A DNA stretch of 63,206 bases, counting the filler, from Choristocarpus tenellus KU-1152 (lineage: Eukaryota; Protista; Phaeophyceae): the NCBI GenBank assembly GCA_964200185.2. It is 9 parts of 9 records of this genome, joined end to end, with 100 filler letters (N's around TTAATTAATTAA, not from the genome) between each part and the next. Parts side by side here need not be neighbours in the genome. Positions count along the whole stretch, not along the records: positions 1 to 15,132 come from CAXNAD020001049.1; positions 15,233 to 21,682 come from CAXNAD020008118.1; positions 21,783 to 26,379 come from CAXNAD020013852.1; 6 more parts are not named here. One strand, given 5' to 3'. Of the stretch, positions 12,501-22,041 are shown one piece after another. A program made the translations under genes and the position numbers. The notes under the pieces were generated by a model. That model had not been told where the DNA came from, made no database searches, and saw only the letters and a program-made list of their open reading frames with translations. Positions within the stretch are counted from its first letter, which is position 1; each line of letters begins with the position of its first letter.

Positions 12501-14974
12501 ACGCCTTTTTGAAAACCTAACCCTAACCCTAACCTGTGTGTGAAAAATAACCCAAAGCTTCGTTCCAAGAGATAAAAAAGTACGATAGTGTGGAACAAGG
12601 ACAGTGGGGGTTCCCGAAGATAGTGGGGCTCCCCTCTGCATTTCACAGCCTCAATCAGTAGTTTAAGAACGGACATGAGGTTCTCTTAAGGGTTTGTATC
12701 ACCACCGATCAGTAACCACTGTACTTTTGAGATGTACTCTAGGTATTTGGACGGATGCACTGCATCAAACAATAGTAGGATGGATATTAGGTTCCCTCAA
12801 GGGTTTCTCTATGAATTGCACCACATAATGCTAGGTCAAATCTGATAAAGGTATTGATTGGGGTGATGATACCATCAGAGGTATATTTTGCTGCAATGAA
12901 CCTTGGGAATTTAGATATTTGAAGTCTTGGGGGATATTGCCTGTGACCCAGAGTATCTCTCTGTGTGTGTGGGGGGGGGTCTACACCAGGGTGTCCATTT
13001 GGGCCATAACCAGGAAAAGTGAACTTGCATTATCCATCCGCCGTATGCAACCAAATCACCAAAAATCGCGACATTAAAAAATTGACTCCAAATGGACAGC
13101 CACCCCCCCCCCCCAGATACTTTGAGCCTGTTGCGATGGCACTGCAAAATGACAGGATTACCTCACACTCCTAAATATCCACATTGCTCTGTACTACACC
13201 TCAAGCCCGCAAAGCCTACCATACATTCAATCGGGCCAAAGGAAAATATGCTATCCAATCTTCACCCAAATCCATTTTTTTAATTGACACAAAATCTCCC
13301 AGTCAAAGTCAATTTGAACCCCACCAACTTGCCCTTCTGCCACTTCTAATCAGTATCACTTCAATTGCCTTGATACTGCCTCCCAGTCACACCTCAAGTC
13401 GTCAGATTCATCATCAGCCCCGACCAGGTACTTGAGGTAGAGGAATTCATCCTTCTCAGTCTCAAGAGCAGTCGTCCTGTTGCTGAGGGAGGTATTGGCG
13501 AAGTCGGTTGTATACACTGCAGTCCTTGTGAGGTAGGTAGTGGTTGCAGCTGTTGAGGTGGAGCCTATCACTAGTAAAAGTGATGGGATATCAGAAGAGG
13601 ATTCACTTGTAGTAATTGCTGTCACAGGAAGAGAAAAGTTCACCCGAATGATCACTTCATCATTGTAAAGGAATGGACCTGCAATGAAGTGCCAAGGAAA
13701 CAGCGATTTTGTTGCGCAAAGGAAGTGGATGAGCATACGGAGGGAGAGACAATTAGCTCAAGTATGACTTTGATGTTTGGTGTGGATTGTAGAGACCTAA
13801 TTCTACGGGTTCAAGGGGACGGACTTGGAGGTAGTCTACAGTTGGCAGAGGTACATGGACGTAGATAAAGTTTACAATTTTTCTGGTTTGAATTTCAAAC
13901 GTCATGTTTTCGCAAGGCTGGCAAGAGTACGTACACTTGAGTATTTTCATTAAACGCTCTACATAATGTAATGTAAGGAGTGCTGCAACAAGTCATCCCC
14001 TTATTTCTTCTATCACTAGGGGGGACGGATGAAATACATTGTCATGTTGACTTTTCCTTTAGAGAATCTTGTCAAAGGGGTAACTTTTGAGAGTGAAAGT
14101 ATCTTAGAGGGTAGGAGTTTTGCCCTGTTTTTCTGTTTGGGGTTTGGCTTCCCAGTTTTTTTAATGACATTTTCGTACTCCAAAGTGTTTCCGAGTAGGA
14201 AAGTGTGTACGTTTTTGGAGTAGGTACCGTGTATATGTCTGGAACAAGGATTTTGATACTTCTTGACAAAAACAATAGCCAAAATTACATCAAAATCACA
14301 ACATTGGCTTTTGACCGCCAAACGGACGCGGCTCTACCCTCAAGATACTTTGACTCTGACCTACACCAAATATATAAACTAAAGGAAAATACTTTATCGA
14401 GGACAATCTGGTTGAACTGTTTCACACTATTTTCGGTCTAATTGGCGACAAAATAAAAAAAAATGGAGTGCAAAGTCCACCCAATGAAAAGAACAGGTAC
14501 GCATTCTGTTCCTGATACATGCCATACCTGGTACTGTAATCAGAATGTGTCCTGGTTCTCCTCCTTGGGTCGACCATATCAACCACAGAAAAAGTTCCCT
14601 TTTTCAAAAGGGTACATGACTCCACTCTGTACCCAAGACACCCTATAGGCTAAGGTGCATTAGACATTGAATCTCCTAGAAGTCAGTACAAAAAGTAGTA
14701 GAAGGTGATTGGGTTGTTGCAACACTCTTTCTTTTCTTAATAAAATCAAATGCTTACCATCGCCAGTGATGCTCTCTACCGCGGTGACAGTGGGGATGGT
14801 GGTGTTGATCCTGATTATAGTTCCCCCTCCACTCAGTGGTGCTTCAGGTATGGTCGTATTAGCATCTGTCACGCTCTGAGACTGACTCCGCTTCAAGTGT
14901 TGACTTGTTGAATCTACAATCACACCGCTACTAGCATTGACGTCCAGGCGCTCAATCATGTCTGTGCTCCCCAC
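517..14974 (-). CDS. Partial multi-exon gene (17 exons, ~1232 codons, open at both ends) for a giant protein of ~9 tandem ~135-aa beta-rich Ig-like repeats resembling bacterial surface adhesins
   Basis: Exons read manually: 14758-14974, 13393-13678, 11933-12077, 11446-11538, 10795-11163, 9348-9488, 8515-8877, 7975-8127, 7099-7437, 6784-6915, 5254-5445, 3982-4383, 3495-3621, 3153-3294, 2480-2804, 1683-1874, 517-594. All have AG acceptors and GT donors (one GC), with matching phases and no stops seen. Repeat consensus: DGxYxxGxxIxxxVxFSxxV..P.L.L..AxYxxGxxTxxLxFxYxVxxGD..LDY..A..LPxPG..SLS..IxIDT. Confidence 0.88.
4672..4929 (+). mobile_element. MITE family A (~255 bp, ~23-bp TIR), TSD TGA
   Basis: gagtgaaagtatcttagagggta ... 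taccctctaagatgctttggctc, with TGA on both sides; intronic. Confidence 0.9.
6149..6405 (+). mobile_element. MITE family A, variant subfamily (GACCC...GGGTC ends)
   Basis: Same internal sequence as family A; shares a diagnostic cacagttaccta segment with the copy at 57498. Confidence 0.8.
12151..12391 (+). mobile_element. MITE family A
   Basis: Both TIRs present; small internal deletion. Confidence 0.88.
12422..12638. mobile_element. Putative MITE with ~40-bp imperfect TIR and an internal (CCCTAA)n tract
   Basis: Left end ggggaacccccctgtctttgagaactcccactgtc matches the reverse complement of right end gacagtgggggttcccgaagatagtggggctcccc. Confidence 0.55.
12945..13128 (+). mobile_element. MITE family B (poly-G/poly-C subterminal tracts), complete copy, TSD TGT
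   Basis: gacccagagtatct ... agatactttgagcc, flanked by TGT on both sides. Confidence 0.82.
14091..14356 (+). mobile_element. MITE family A, TSD TGA
   Basis: Both TIRs present; TGA on both sides. Confidence 0.9.
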
Positions 14975-15132
14975 CTATTTTTGGCACAAGTGCTATTGTT
15001 AAGTGGTTCATTGGGCATGTCGAATGCCTTATTTTACGACTACCACAATGCTTTTTATCCTTCTTTACCATACACATGAGACAGAGGGGTACAGGTGACT
15101 CAAAGTATCTGAGAGGGGGTGGCGGCTGTCCA

Positions 15133-15232
15133 NNNNNNNNNNNNNNNNNNNNNNNNNNNNNNNNNNNNNNNNNNNNTTAATTAATTAANNNNNNNNNNNN
15201 NNNNNNNNNNNNNNNNNNNNNNNNNNNNNNNN
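15133..15232. other. Artificial contig linker N44-TTAATTAATTAA-N44 (also at 21683-21782, 26380-26479, 36103-36202, 42213-42312, 51858-51957, 56323-56422, 59443-59542)
   Basis: Identical 100-bp structure occurs eight times; the core gives stop codons in all six frames. Confidence 0.97.
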
Positions 15233-15870
15233 GCATGGACGAAGTGTCCTTTCTGCTGCAAAAGGCAAAAGTGGAGTGGATAAAGGCCAACTCCAGGAGA
15301 AGAATAGTCCAGGGTGACATTCGTCGTTTCTTTTGATGTGCTTGGGATATACTTTCGTCTTGGGGTTGTGTCACAATAAGATTACGCCAGGAGCTACAAT
15401 ATGTTTTAGAAAGACTGAAGATACTCTGAGGTAGAAGGTATATACAGTATTCTCTTTCCTTATGGCGAGGCGGGAGATGTGCATTAACACATAAACATCA
15501 TTTTAAAAAAGCGCTTGAAATCGTTTCCATCCTATCCACGAAGCTTATGATTGATTTCCCAGCTCACCATGATTAATTTATCGATTCGGCGATTGATTTT
15601 CCAGCTCACCACGATTAATCAGTCAATTGCATGATTGATTTCCAGCTCGCCACAATTAATTAGCCACTTCGACGATTGATTTCCCAGCTCACCACGATTA
15701 ATCAGTTGCTTCGACGATTGATTTCCTAGCTCATCACGATTAATTACTCGATTCCACGATTGATTTCCTGTTTTTGTACCAAGTGGTACAAAAACGATAT
15801 TGTACCACATCAATTCTATATCTCTTTTTTCGGGCATGCCCATTGGTGAACAAAATCGGGTAACCTACTG
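15233..15870 (+). mobile_element. 3' end of a pogo/Tigger-like element: transposase C-terminus with PIP box, subterminal repeat array, TACTG end followed by TA
   Basis: 15235-15336 reads MDEVSFLLQKAKVEWIKANSRRRIVQGDIRRFF* (QxxIxxFF). The element ends ...cctactg|ta exactly where a family A copy is truncated. Confidence 0.55.
15549..15769. repeat. 42-bp tandem array, 5.3 units (29-bp conserved core plus 13-bp variable part)
   Basis: gattgatttcccagctcaccacgattaat starts at 15549, 15591, 15633, 15674, 15716 and (partial) 15758. Confidence 0.92.
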
Positions 15871-15977
15871 TATTGGCATCTCCAAACAAACATGATAGCC
15901 AAAATTACATCAAAATTGCAACATTGGATTTTGACCTCTAAATGGACGTGACTCTACCCTCTAAGATACTTTGACTC
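15871..15977 (+). mobile_element. MITE family A, 3' half only
   Basis: Right TIR taccctctaagatactttgactc is present; the copy starts abruptly at an internal TA. Confidence 0.85.
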
Positions 15978-17727
15978 TCCTCTGCCCTTGGCACCTACAT
16001 TGAATGTTTCTCCCTCATCTAGATCCGGCACAGCCCTCAGTGTCGGTTCAAGGAGTATATATTTCTCTGTATTCTTCTCCATGTCAATACGCTTCCGCTG
16101 GCGGTCAACCATCGACCGGCGGCATTGTCTGACACGCTGGGCTGCAGCCTCCGCACTGTCCCTCTTGTTCTTCTACCGAAGTTGGTACACACCCTCCTCT
16201 ATCTTGTCCTCTGTCATGTAGGACCTCAGGTGAGGATGCAAGGATTTTTCGCCATCATCCGGAAGGTAGGACACTGAGTAAATGTACGCCCCTGAACCGT
16301 GCACGTGAACATCGCTGACCTTCCCCTGTACAATAGACTCCCCACTTGTGCATAGGATGAAGCTGGTTCCTTGACCGAACCTGGAGTCGGATGTGTCCCC
16401 AAGTCTGAGTTGCCTTGAGAAGCGGGCAGGTATTGCACTGAGGGATTGCTGGTCGGATTCTGTGGTGAACCTCTGGTATTGACCAGGTAGGATCGTGAAT
16501 GTGTTGTCCAGGTGGTTGTGGTGGATGTCTGTGAAGTCTGGGATGATGATAGCCTGAAGGGGCACTACGCGGGGACCCGGTTGTGCCTCCTGCATCAACG
16601 CAAAGATGTTCGTTGCAGGGGGTGTATTGATGCGTTGGACTATTGGCATATGTTTGCGCGCTTGATGACCTTATTTGGTTGTATAGGGGTCTTGTTTGTT
16701 TTGGTTTTGAGGAATGGCGAGTTTTATGTAGGATAGGGGATACACTTAGACAGTGAAATGAAGGAAAGGGATATGCTTATTTGCCCTACAGAACTTGTAA
16801 AATATTCCGTGAAAGTCGACATTCGTGGTTGTAGAGTAGGAGAAAGAATATGAAACTGGTTTGGATGTCAGGGTTGGACGTTATGGGAGGATTTTATTTG
16901 GGTATGAGGGGATATAAGGGGATATGTAACATCTGTATATGGACAGCGTGGAATCATTCCCGTGGAGCATTATTCTCTTAGTAACAGCAAGAAGCGTTTC
17001 TCACCTTGTCTGTCCGTGAGATGCAAATAGTTGGCACTCCATCAACAAAGCTAGCACTCAGCACCTCAAAGTCTTCAGTGACAAAGACGACCTCATCTCC
17101 AGCATTGAACATCCTTCTGTGGCTGGAGTGGTGCCTGGCGTTCCATTCAATCATGTCCTTGTGGTGGACAGTGAACGGCAAGAACTCTATACCATTGTAC
17201 TCAGATTGCTGCGTCCGCACAATGCACATCTTTGAGCTGTCTCTTCTTCCTCGACAGCTGGCTTCTCAGATACATATCGCCCGTTCCTGTTTCCGTGGAA
17301 AATCCGAGGTCTATCTCCTTAAGCAGGGGCACGTGGGTTAGTTGCCACCTGGATTGGGCCAGGTTGCTGATGGAACAGTTCGTGCAGTAGCACGACAGTT
17401 CAGTGTATATCAATGTACGGGACTCTCCGGTGGTGAGCCGACCAGTGAAGAACCTGTGCATGGACTTGATGCCACTGTGGGCTGTGTCGTCCAGCGCGGT
17501 CGATCTTGTAAGCTGGGAGGTGGACTATCTCCTGTGTTCGAAAGGTGTTGATGTATAGAAGTTTTGTAGACGTGTTACTGTGCAGTCTCCGTCCCTGTCT
17601 GTCCATTCCTAAGAGTTGTGGTGATTGTGCGTATAAGGGGAGGGGTGGTATGTGTTCGAGTCATTGTAGGTACTGTGGCGGCATCCTGTGACCGATTTGA
17701 TCTGATGGCATTTTCTTTGAATTGATC

Positions 17728-18915
17728 TGTGCTACCTATTCCTGGAACAAGTGTTTGGTAAATGACAGGTATCAATATGTGATGAAAACAACAACTTGGA
17801 GCTTTGGGTTAGTTTGGCGCTTGGCAGACTTCTGGAAATTAGAGGGCAAAATGATTGTAAGTGTGCACGGATGGTGAGCAGTCGATTAAGAAGTGCATAT
17901 GTGTGATGAGCATGTCGCGTGTGGTGTCGACATGAAGGGAAGGCACGGATGTGACAGAATGGGTCAACGATATCTATTGCGTGTTTATTGTATGGGTTAG
18001 CAAGGGGAGGGAGGGGGCAGTCTGTCACCAGTGGGAAACGGATCGATTATTGTAAGTGGTGGGAATCATGTATGTAGTATATGTGTTATGTATTCCAGCA
18101 ACAAGCGATGGGTGTACATGGCCGACGTTGATACATGAAAGAAAACAATAATTTTGAGTTTTGCGCGAGTTTACTGATTGGTAGACTTACCAAAAATAGA
18201 GGGCGATGATTGCAAGTTTGCACGGACGGTGTGCGGTCAATTGAGGAGTGCGATATGCGATTAGCACGTCGAGCATGGTGTCCACGAGAAGGGTAGGCAT
18301 GGATTTGAGGTAATAGGTCAACGATGAGCCAAAGTATCTTAAAGGGTAGAGCCTCGTCCATTTGGGGGCCAAAGTCTAATGTTGCGATTTTGATGTAATT
18401 TTGGTTATTGTGTTTGTTAGGAAGTGTCAAAATCCTTGTTCCGAACACATATTTTCATAACGCATACGTTTTACCTAGTAAGAAATATTTTGTAGTAGGA
18501 AAAATTCATAAAAACCCCGAGGGAAGCCAAGCCCCAAATGGACAAACAGGGCAAAAGTCGTACCCTCTAAGATACTTTCACTCGATATTTATTGCGCGTT
18601 TAGCGTACGGGTTGGCAAGGGGTAGGAGGGGTGAGTCTGTCACCAGTGGGAAGTAGAGGTCGGTTGTTGTGGGTGGGGGGGACCGCGCACGTTGTATATG
18701 TGCTATCTGTTCCTATGACAATTGTTTGGTAAACGACGGACGTTAATGTGAGAGAAGGAAATGATAAGTTGGAATTTTTGCACGAGTTTACCGATTGGTA
18801 GACTTATACAAAATTGAGGGCGATGGTTGCAAGTGTGCATGGACGGTGTGCGGTCGATGGAGAGTTGCATGTGTGTGATTAGTATGCTACGTGTCATGTC
18901 GAGGTGAAGGGAGTT
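17728..18915. repeat. Diverged ~350-bp tandem triplication; second unit carries a MITE
   Basis: Recurrent blocks such as gattggtagactta..agagggcgatgattgcaagt..cacggacggtgtgcggtcga near 17820, 18180 and 18795. Confidence 0.75.
18326..18583 (-). mobile_element. MITE family A, TSD GAT
   Basis: Filled site caacGAT[MITE]GATattt versus empty paralogous site caacGATatct at ~17965-17975. Confidence 0.92.
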
Positions 18916-20633
18916 ATATACCTGGCGGGTGTGCTCGGTGCTCAGATCTTTCCTTAGACGCTCTAGGAATGTCTTGACCTGGAGATCGGGCGTGAACTTG
19001 CGATTTTCCCGAGCCAGCACAACTCGTAGCGCTTCCGCCGATGGTGCAAACCCGCTTTTCTCATCCAATAACTAAGAGGCAAGGCCATTCCAAGTGCGGT
19101 CGCTTCCTTCCATCTCTTCTAGACCATCGTGGTTGGCAAACATGGAGATGAAGAGGTTCATGATCCGATCCTTTTTAATTTCTTTCACGAACGAGCGGTA
19201 CTGGTCATGGGCAGTCTCTTGAGTCCCCGTTTCCTGAGTGGGATTTAAATGAGGTTACGAAATGAGTTGGTGGGTTTGTTTCCTTTTGACACTTGAGTTT
19301 GATGGTTGATGATGCGAACATCGGTAACGCTGCCACGTTGTTCGGACGAGGGGTGTGTGCACAAATTTGGTCATGAATTGTTCGTGTTGGTTGACACACA
19401 GCGTTCAACAAGTCGACAAGGGTGGGTTGGAGACATCGAGAACCAAAACCGCCCCAGTTAGAATATCCTGAAAAGGTGTGGCTCGCATATGCGGACACTC
19501 ACGAGCGATGTCAAAAAGGTTATGAATTCATCCCATGAAGCACGTAGGGTGAAGTGAATTGAGGTAGTCTACCGTATGGTAGAGTTTGTGCCTTCATCTG
19601 AATTTTTGAAACGGTTGATAAATGCTTGGTGTGTATCACCCGCCAAAATGTTGGTGTATGTATGCACTACGATTGACGGGTTCTGTCGTACGGTAAACTT
19701 TGTGTAGGATGGGTTTTTTGGTGGAAGGGATGCCCAACGTTTCATGTGGTGTAGGTCTATCATATCCCCAGATGCACATACCATTTTTGTGGCCTCCTCT
19801 TTCTCTACAGGGGATATGAGATTATGATTGTGTTTTGGAAAATCGAGGATGACGGATTGGAGGAGTGTGCCTTCAAAGAAGTTGTTTTGTGGACCGCCTG
19901 CAACTTTTGCCATAGTTTGACGTACAGTAAAGTATGGAAAGATGACATGAGGCGGATGAAGGAAGAGCGAAACATGTGTTGGTATAATTTCGGGATTGCA
20001 AGGGTTAGGGATGGTGTTGGGGTTGAGACACAGGGTTAGGGTTGGGACAGGTGTCAGGGTTGGGATTGGAAACAGAAACAGAAAGGAATATCGTTTATTT
20101 CCGATATGGATCAGAAGCGACGTATTGGAGGACACAATCTTCGTCGTTGGGTTTCGTCCTGCTCTTGATGGGAGGATGTGTGCGTCATCAGTTCCGACCT
20201 ACGGTGTATCTAGTGAACACCATGTGTCTCTGATTTCGATGCAAATGTGTGATTTCGGAAGGATATGGTGACAATATGCCTCGCTGTGTCTAGTCTTCAA
20301 GCGCTAATCCATCGTTCCAGTAATTACAGAATGCGCAGGCTACATTGGACTTTGTCTAGCTGCGATGGAGGCCTCGCCTTACCCTTGGGATGTCCTGGGG
20401 TCTACCCCTCTGAAGTCCAGGAGTTCATTCCTGTTGTTAGCCAGATCCCCTAGTGGCCGACGGGTGTGGCCATCCTACATCTGCGGTGTGATGGGTATGG
20501 TCTGCTCGAAGAACTGTGACAATCAATCCTCTATATTGTCGAGGCCCGTTTGTTTGTTGCTGAGTGAGTGAAGGAGTGTGGGGATAATCGCAAATGTGGT
20601 TTGGGAAAAGTTTTTTTGTAACATTGTAATAGA

Positions 20634-20893
20634 GAGACATAGTATCTTAGAGGGTAGGGCCGTGTCCATTTGAGGGCCAAAATCTAATGTTGCAATTTTG
20701 ATGTAATTTTGGTTATTGTGTTTGTTACGAAGTATCAATATCCTTGTTCCGAACAAACCTATTCATAACGTATACACATCTTACCTAGTCCGAAACATTT
20801 TGGAGTAGGAAAATGTCATAAAAATAACATGGGAAGATAAGCCACAAATGGACAAAAAGGGAAAAACTCTTACCCTCTAAGATACTTTTACCC
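20634..20893 (-). mobile_element. MITE family A
   Basis: Full-length match with slightly degenerate TIRs. Confidence 0.85.
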
Positions 20894-22041
20894 CAAATTG
20901 TTCAAACTGTATTATTAGAATATATCAAATAAAAATGCAAATTCGACGTTTTGACCCTGTCGCACTATTGAAGAAATAGAGGATGGAGAGTTGTACATAT
21001 GTACAACTGTAACTCTGTATTTGCTCTAATTCAACGTCGTCACAAGACATATATAAATTTCAGTATATTAGCTAAGAGGGCAAAACTCCCCTTTATAAAT
21101 TTCCTATTTGATTCCCAAGAAGTAACACTCGAACTAGCCTGTTTAGAACCCTAGTATATACAATATCTTCTAGGGGTCCAACATTCAGTAAGGTCGGTTC
21201 TTTAATTGATTATTGTGAAATTGATATACGACCAATAAAAAAAATAGGTTGAAAAGATCATACTTTCTTGGTCAAGGGAGACTAGGTGCGTATCCCTTCT
21301 ACCAGGATCGGGCTCGTCTGTCCCTGCCCCTGTGCACTGTATGTAATGCCAAACACCGGGCGTGTCGAAAGGAAAAAGAAGACAGAACTTCCTCTTCGTG
21401 CAAGGTGATCAGGTGCGTACAGCTCGAGGATGATGTAACCCGACCGCGACATGCCATCCTCTCTGGACCTGACTCGATGCACAAAACATTTTCCCTCTCT
21501 CCTTTTGTTGGTTTCCCCTGTCCCATTTGCAACGTGCCCACCCGATGCAGACATCACGCGATCAAAGGAGAGGCTTAGTCCAACCACCGAACGCCGCCAT
21601 GCCTCTAAAGGAAACAAGAAGGTGATGTTGAACTATCCCACACTGGACCCGCGGCTTTTATGGTGCTTTAATGAAGGACAAANNNNNNNNNNNNNNNNNN
21701 NNNNNNNNNNNNNNNNNNNNNNNNNNTTAATTAATTAANNNNNNNNNNNNNNNNNNNNNNNNNNNNNNNNNNNNNNNNNNNNCCCCCGCCCGCCCAGATA
21801 CTTTGACCCATCCAATCATTGATCGTGGCAGTACACATCTTGATTGTGATTCAGGCTGCGGGAGATGAAGAGAGTACTTCTGAGTCACCTTAGTGCAAGC
21901 AAACTTCTACAATGCCGGGCTTCTATTACACGGATAAAGCATGAAATATATCAAAATACCAAGTACTGTTTACTGTAGAGTTTGTAATGGGTGGGGAATG
22001 ATTATGTGAGGACAGAGAGGAAGAATTTCCCTGTAACTCAC

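Larger units (their letters stand above)
15978..20630 (-). pseudogene. Decayed intron-containing transposase-like gene (Sola2-like C-terminus), paralogous to 46940-50660
   Basis: GIKSMHRFF..LIYTELSCYCTNC, EYNGIEFLPFTV and VPLQAIIIPDFT..ILPGQYQRFTTES blocks align with the plus-strand copy in contig 6. Stops and frameshifts are present. The upstream limit is approximate. Confidence 0.55.

Noticed and set aside
15133-15232. TTAATTAATTAA (PacI-like) site as a biological motif, and gene clusters spanning linkers
   Set aside because: It is an artificial join repeated identically eight times, so neighbourhood across it is not evidence.
15549-15769. CRISPR-like repeat/spacer array
   Set aside because: The variable parts are only 13 bp and related to each other, there are no cas genes, and the context is a eukaryotic TE.
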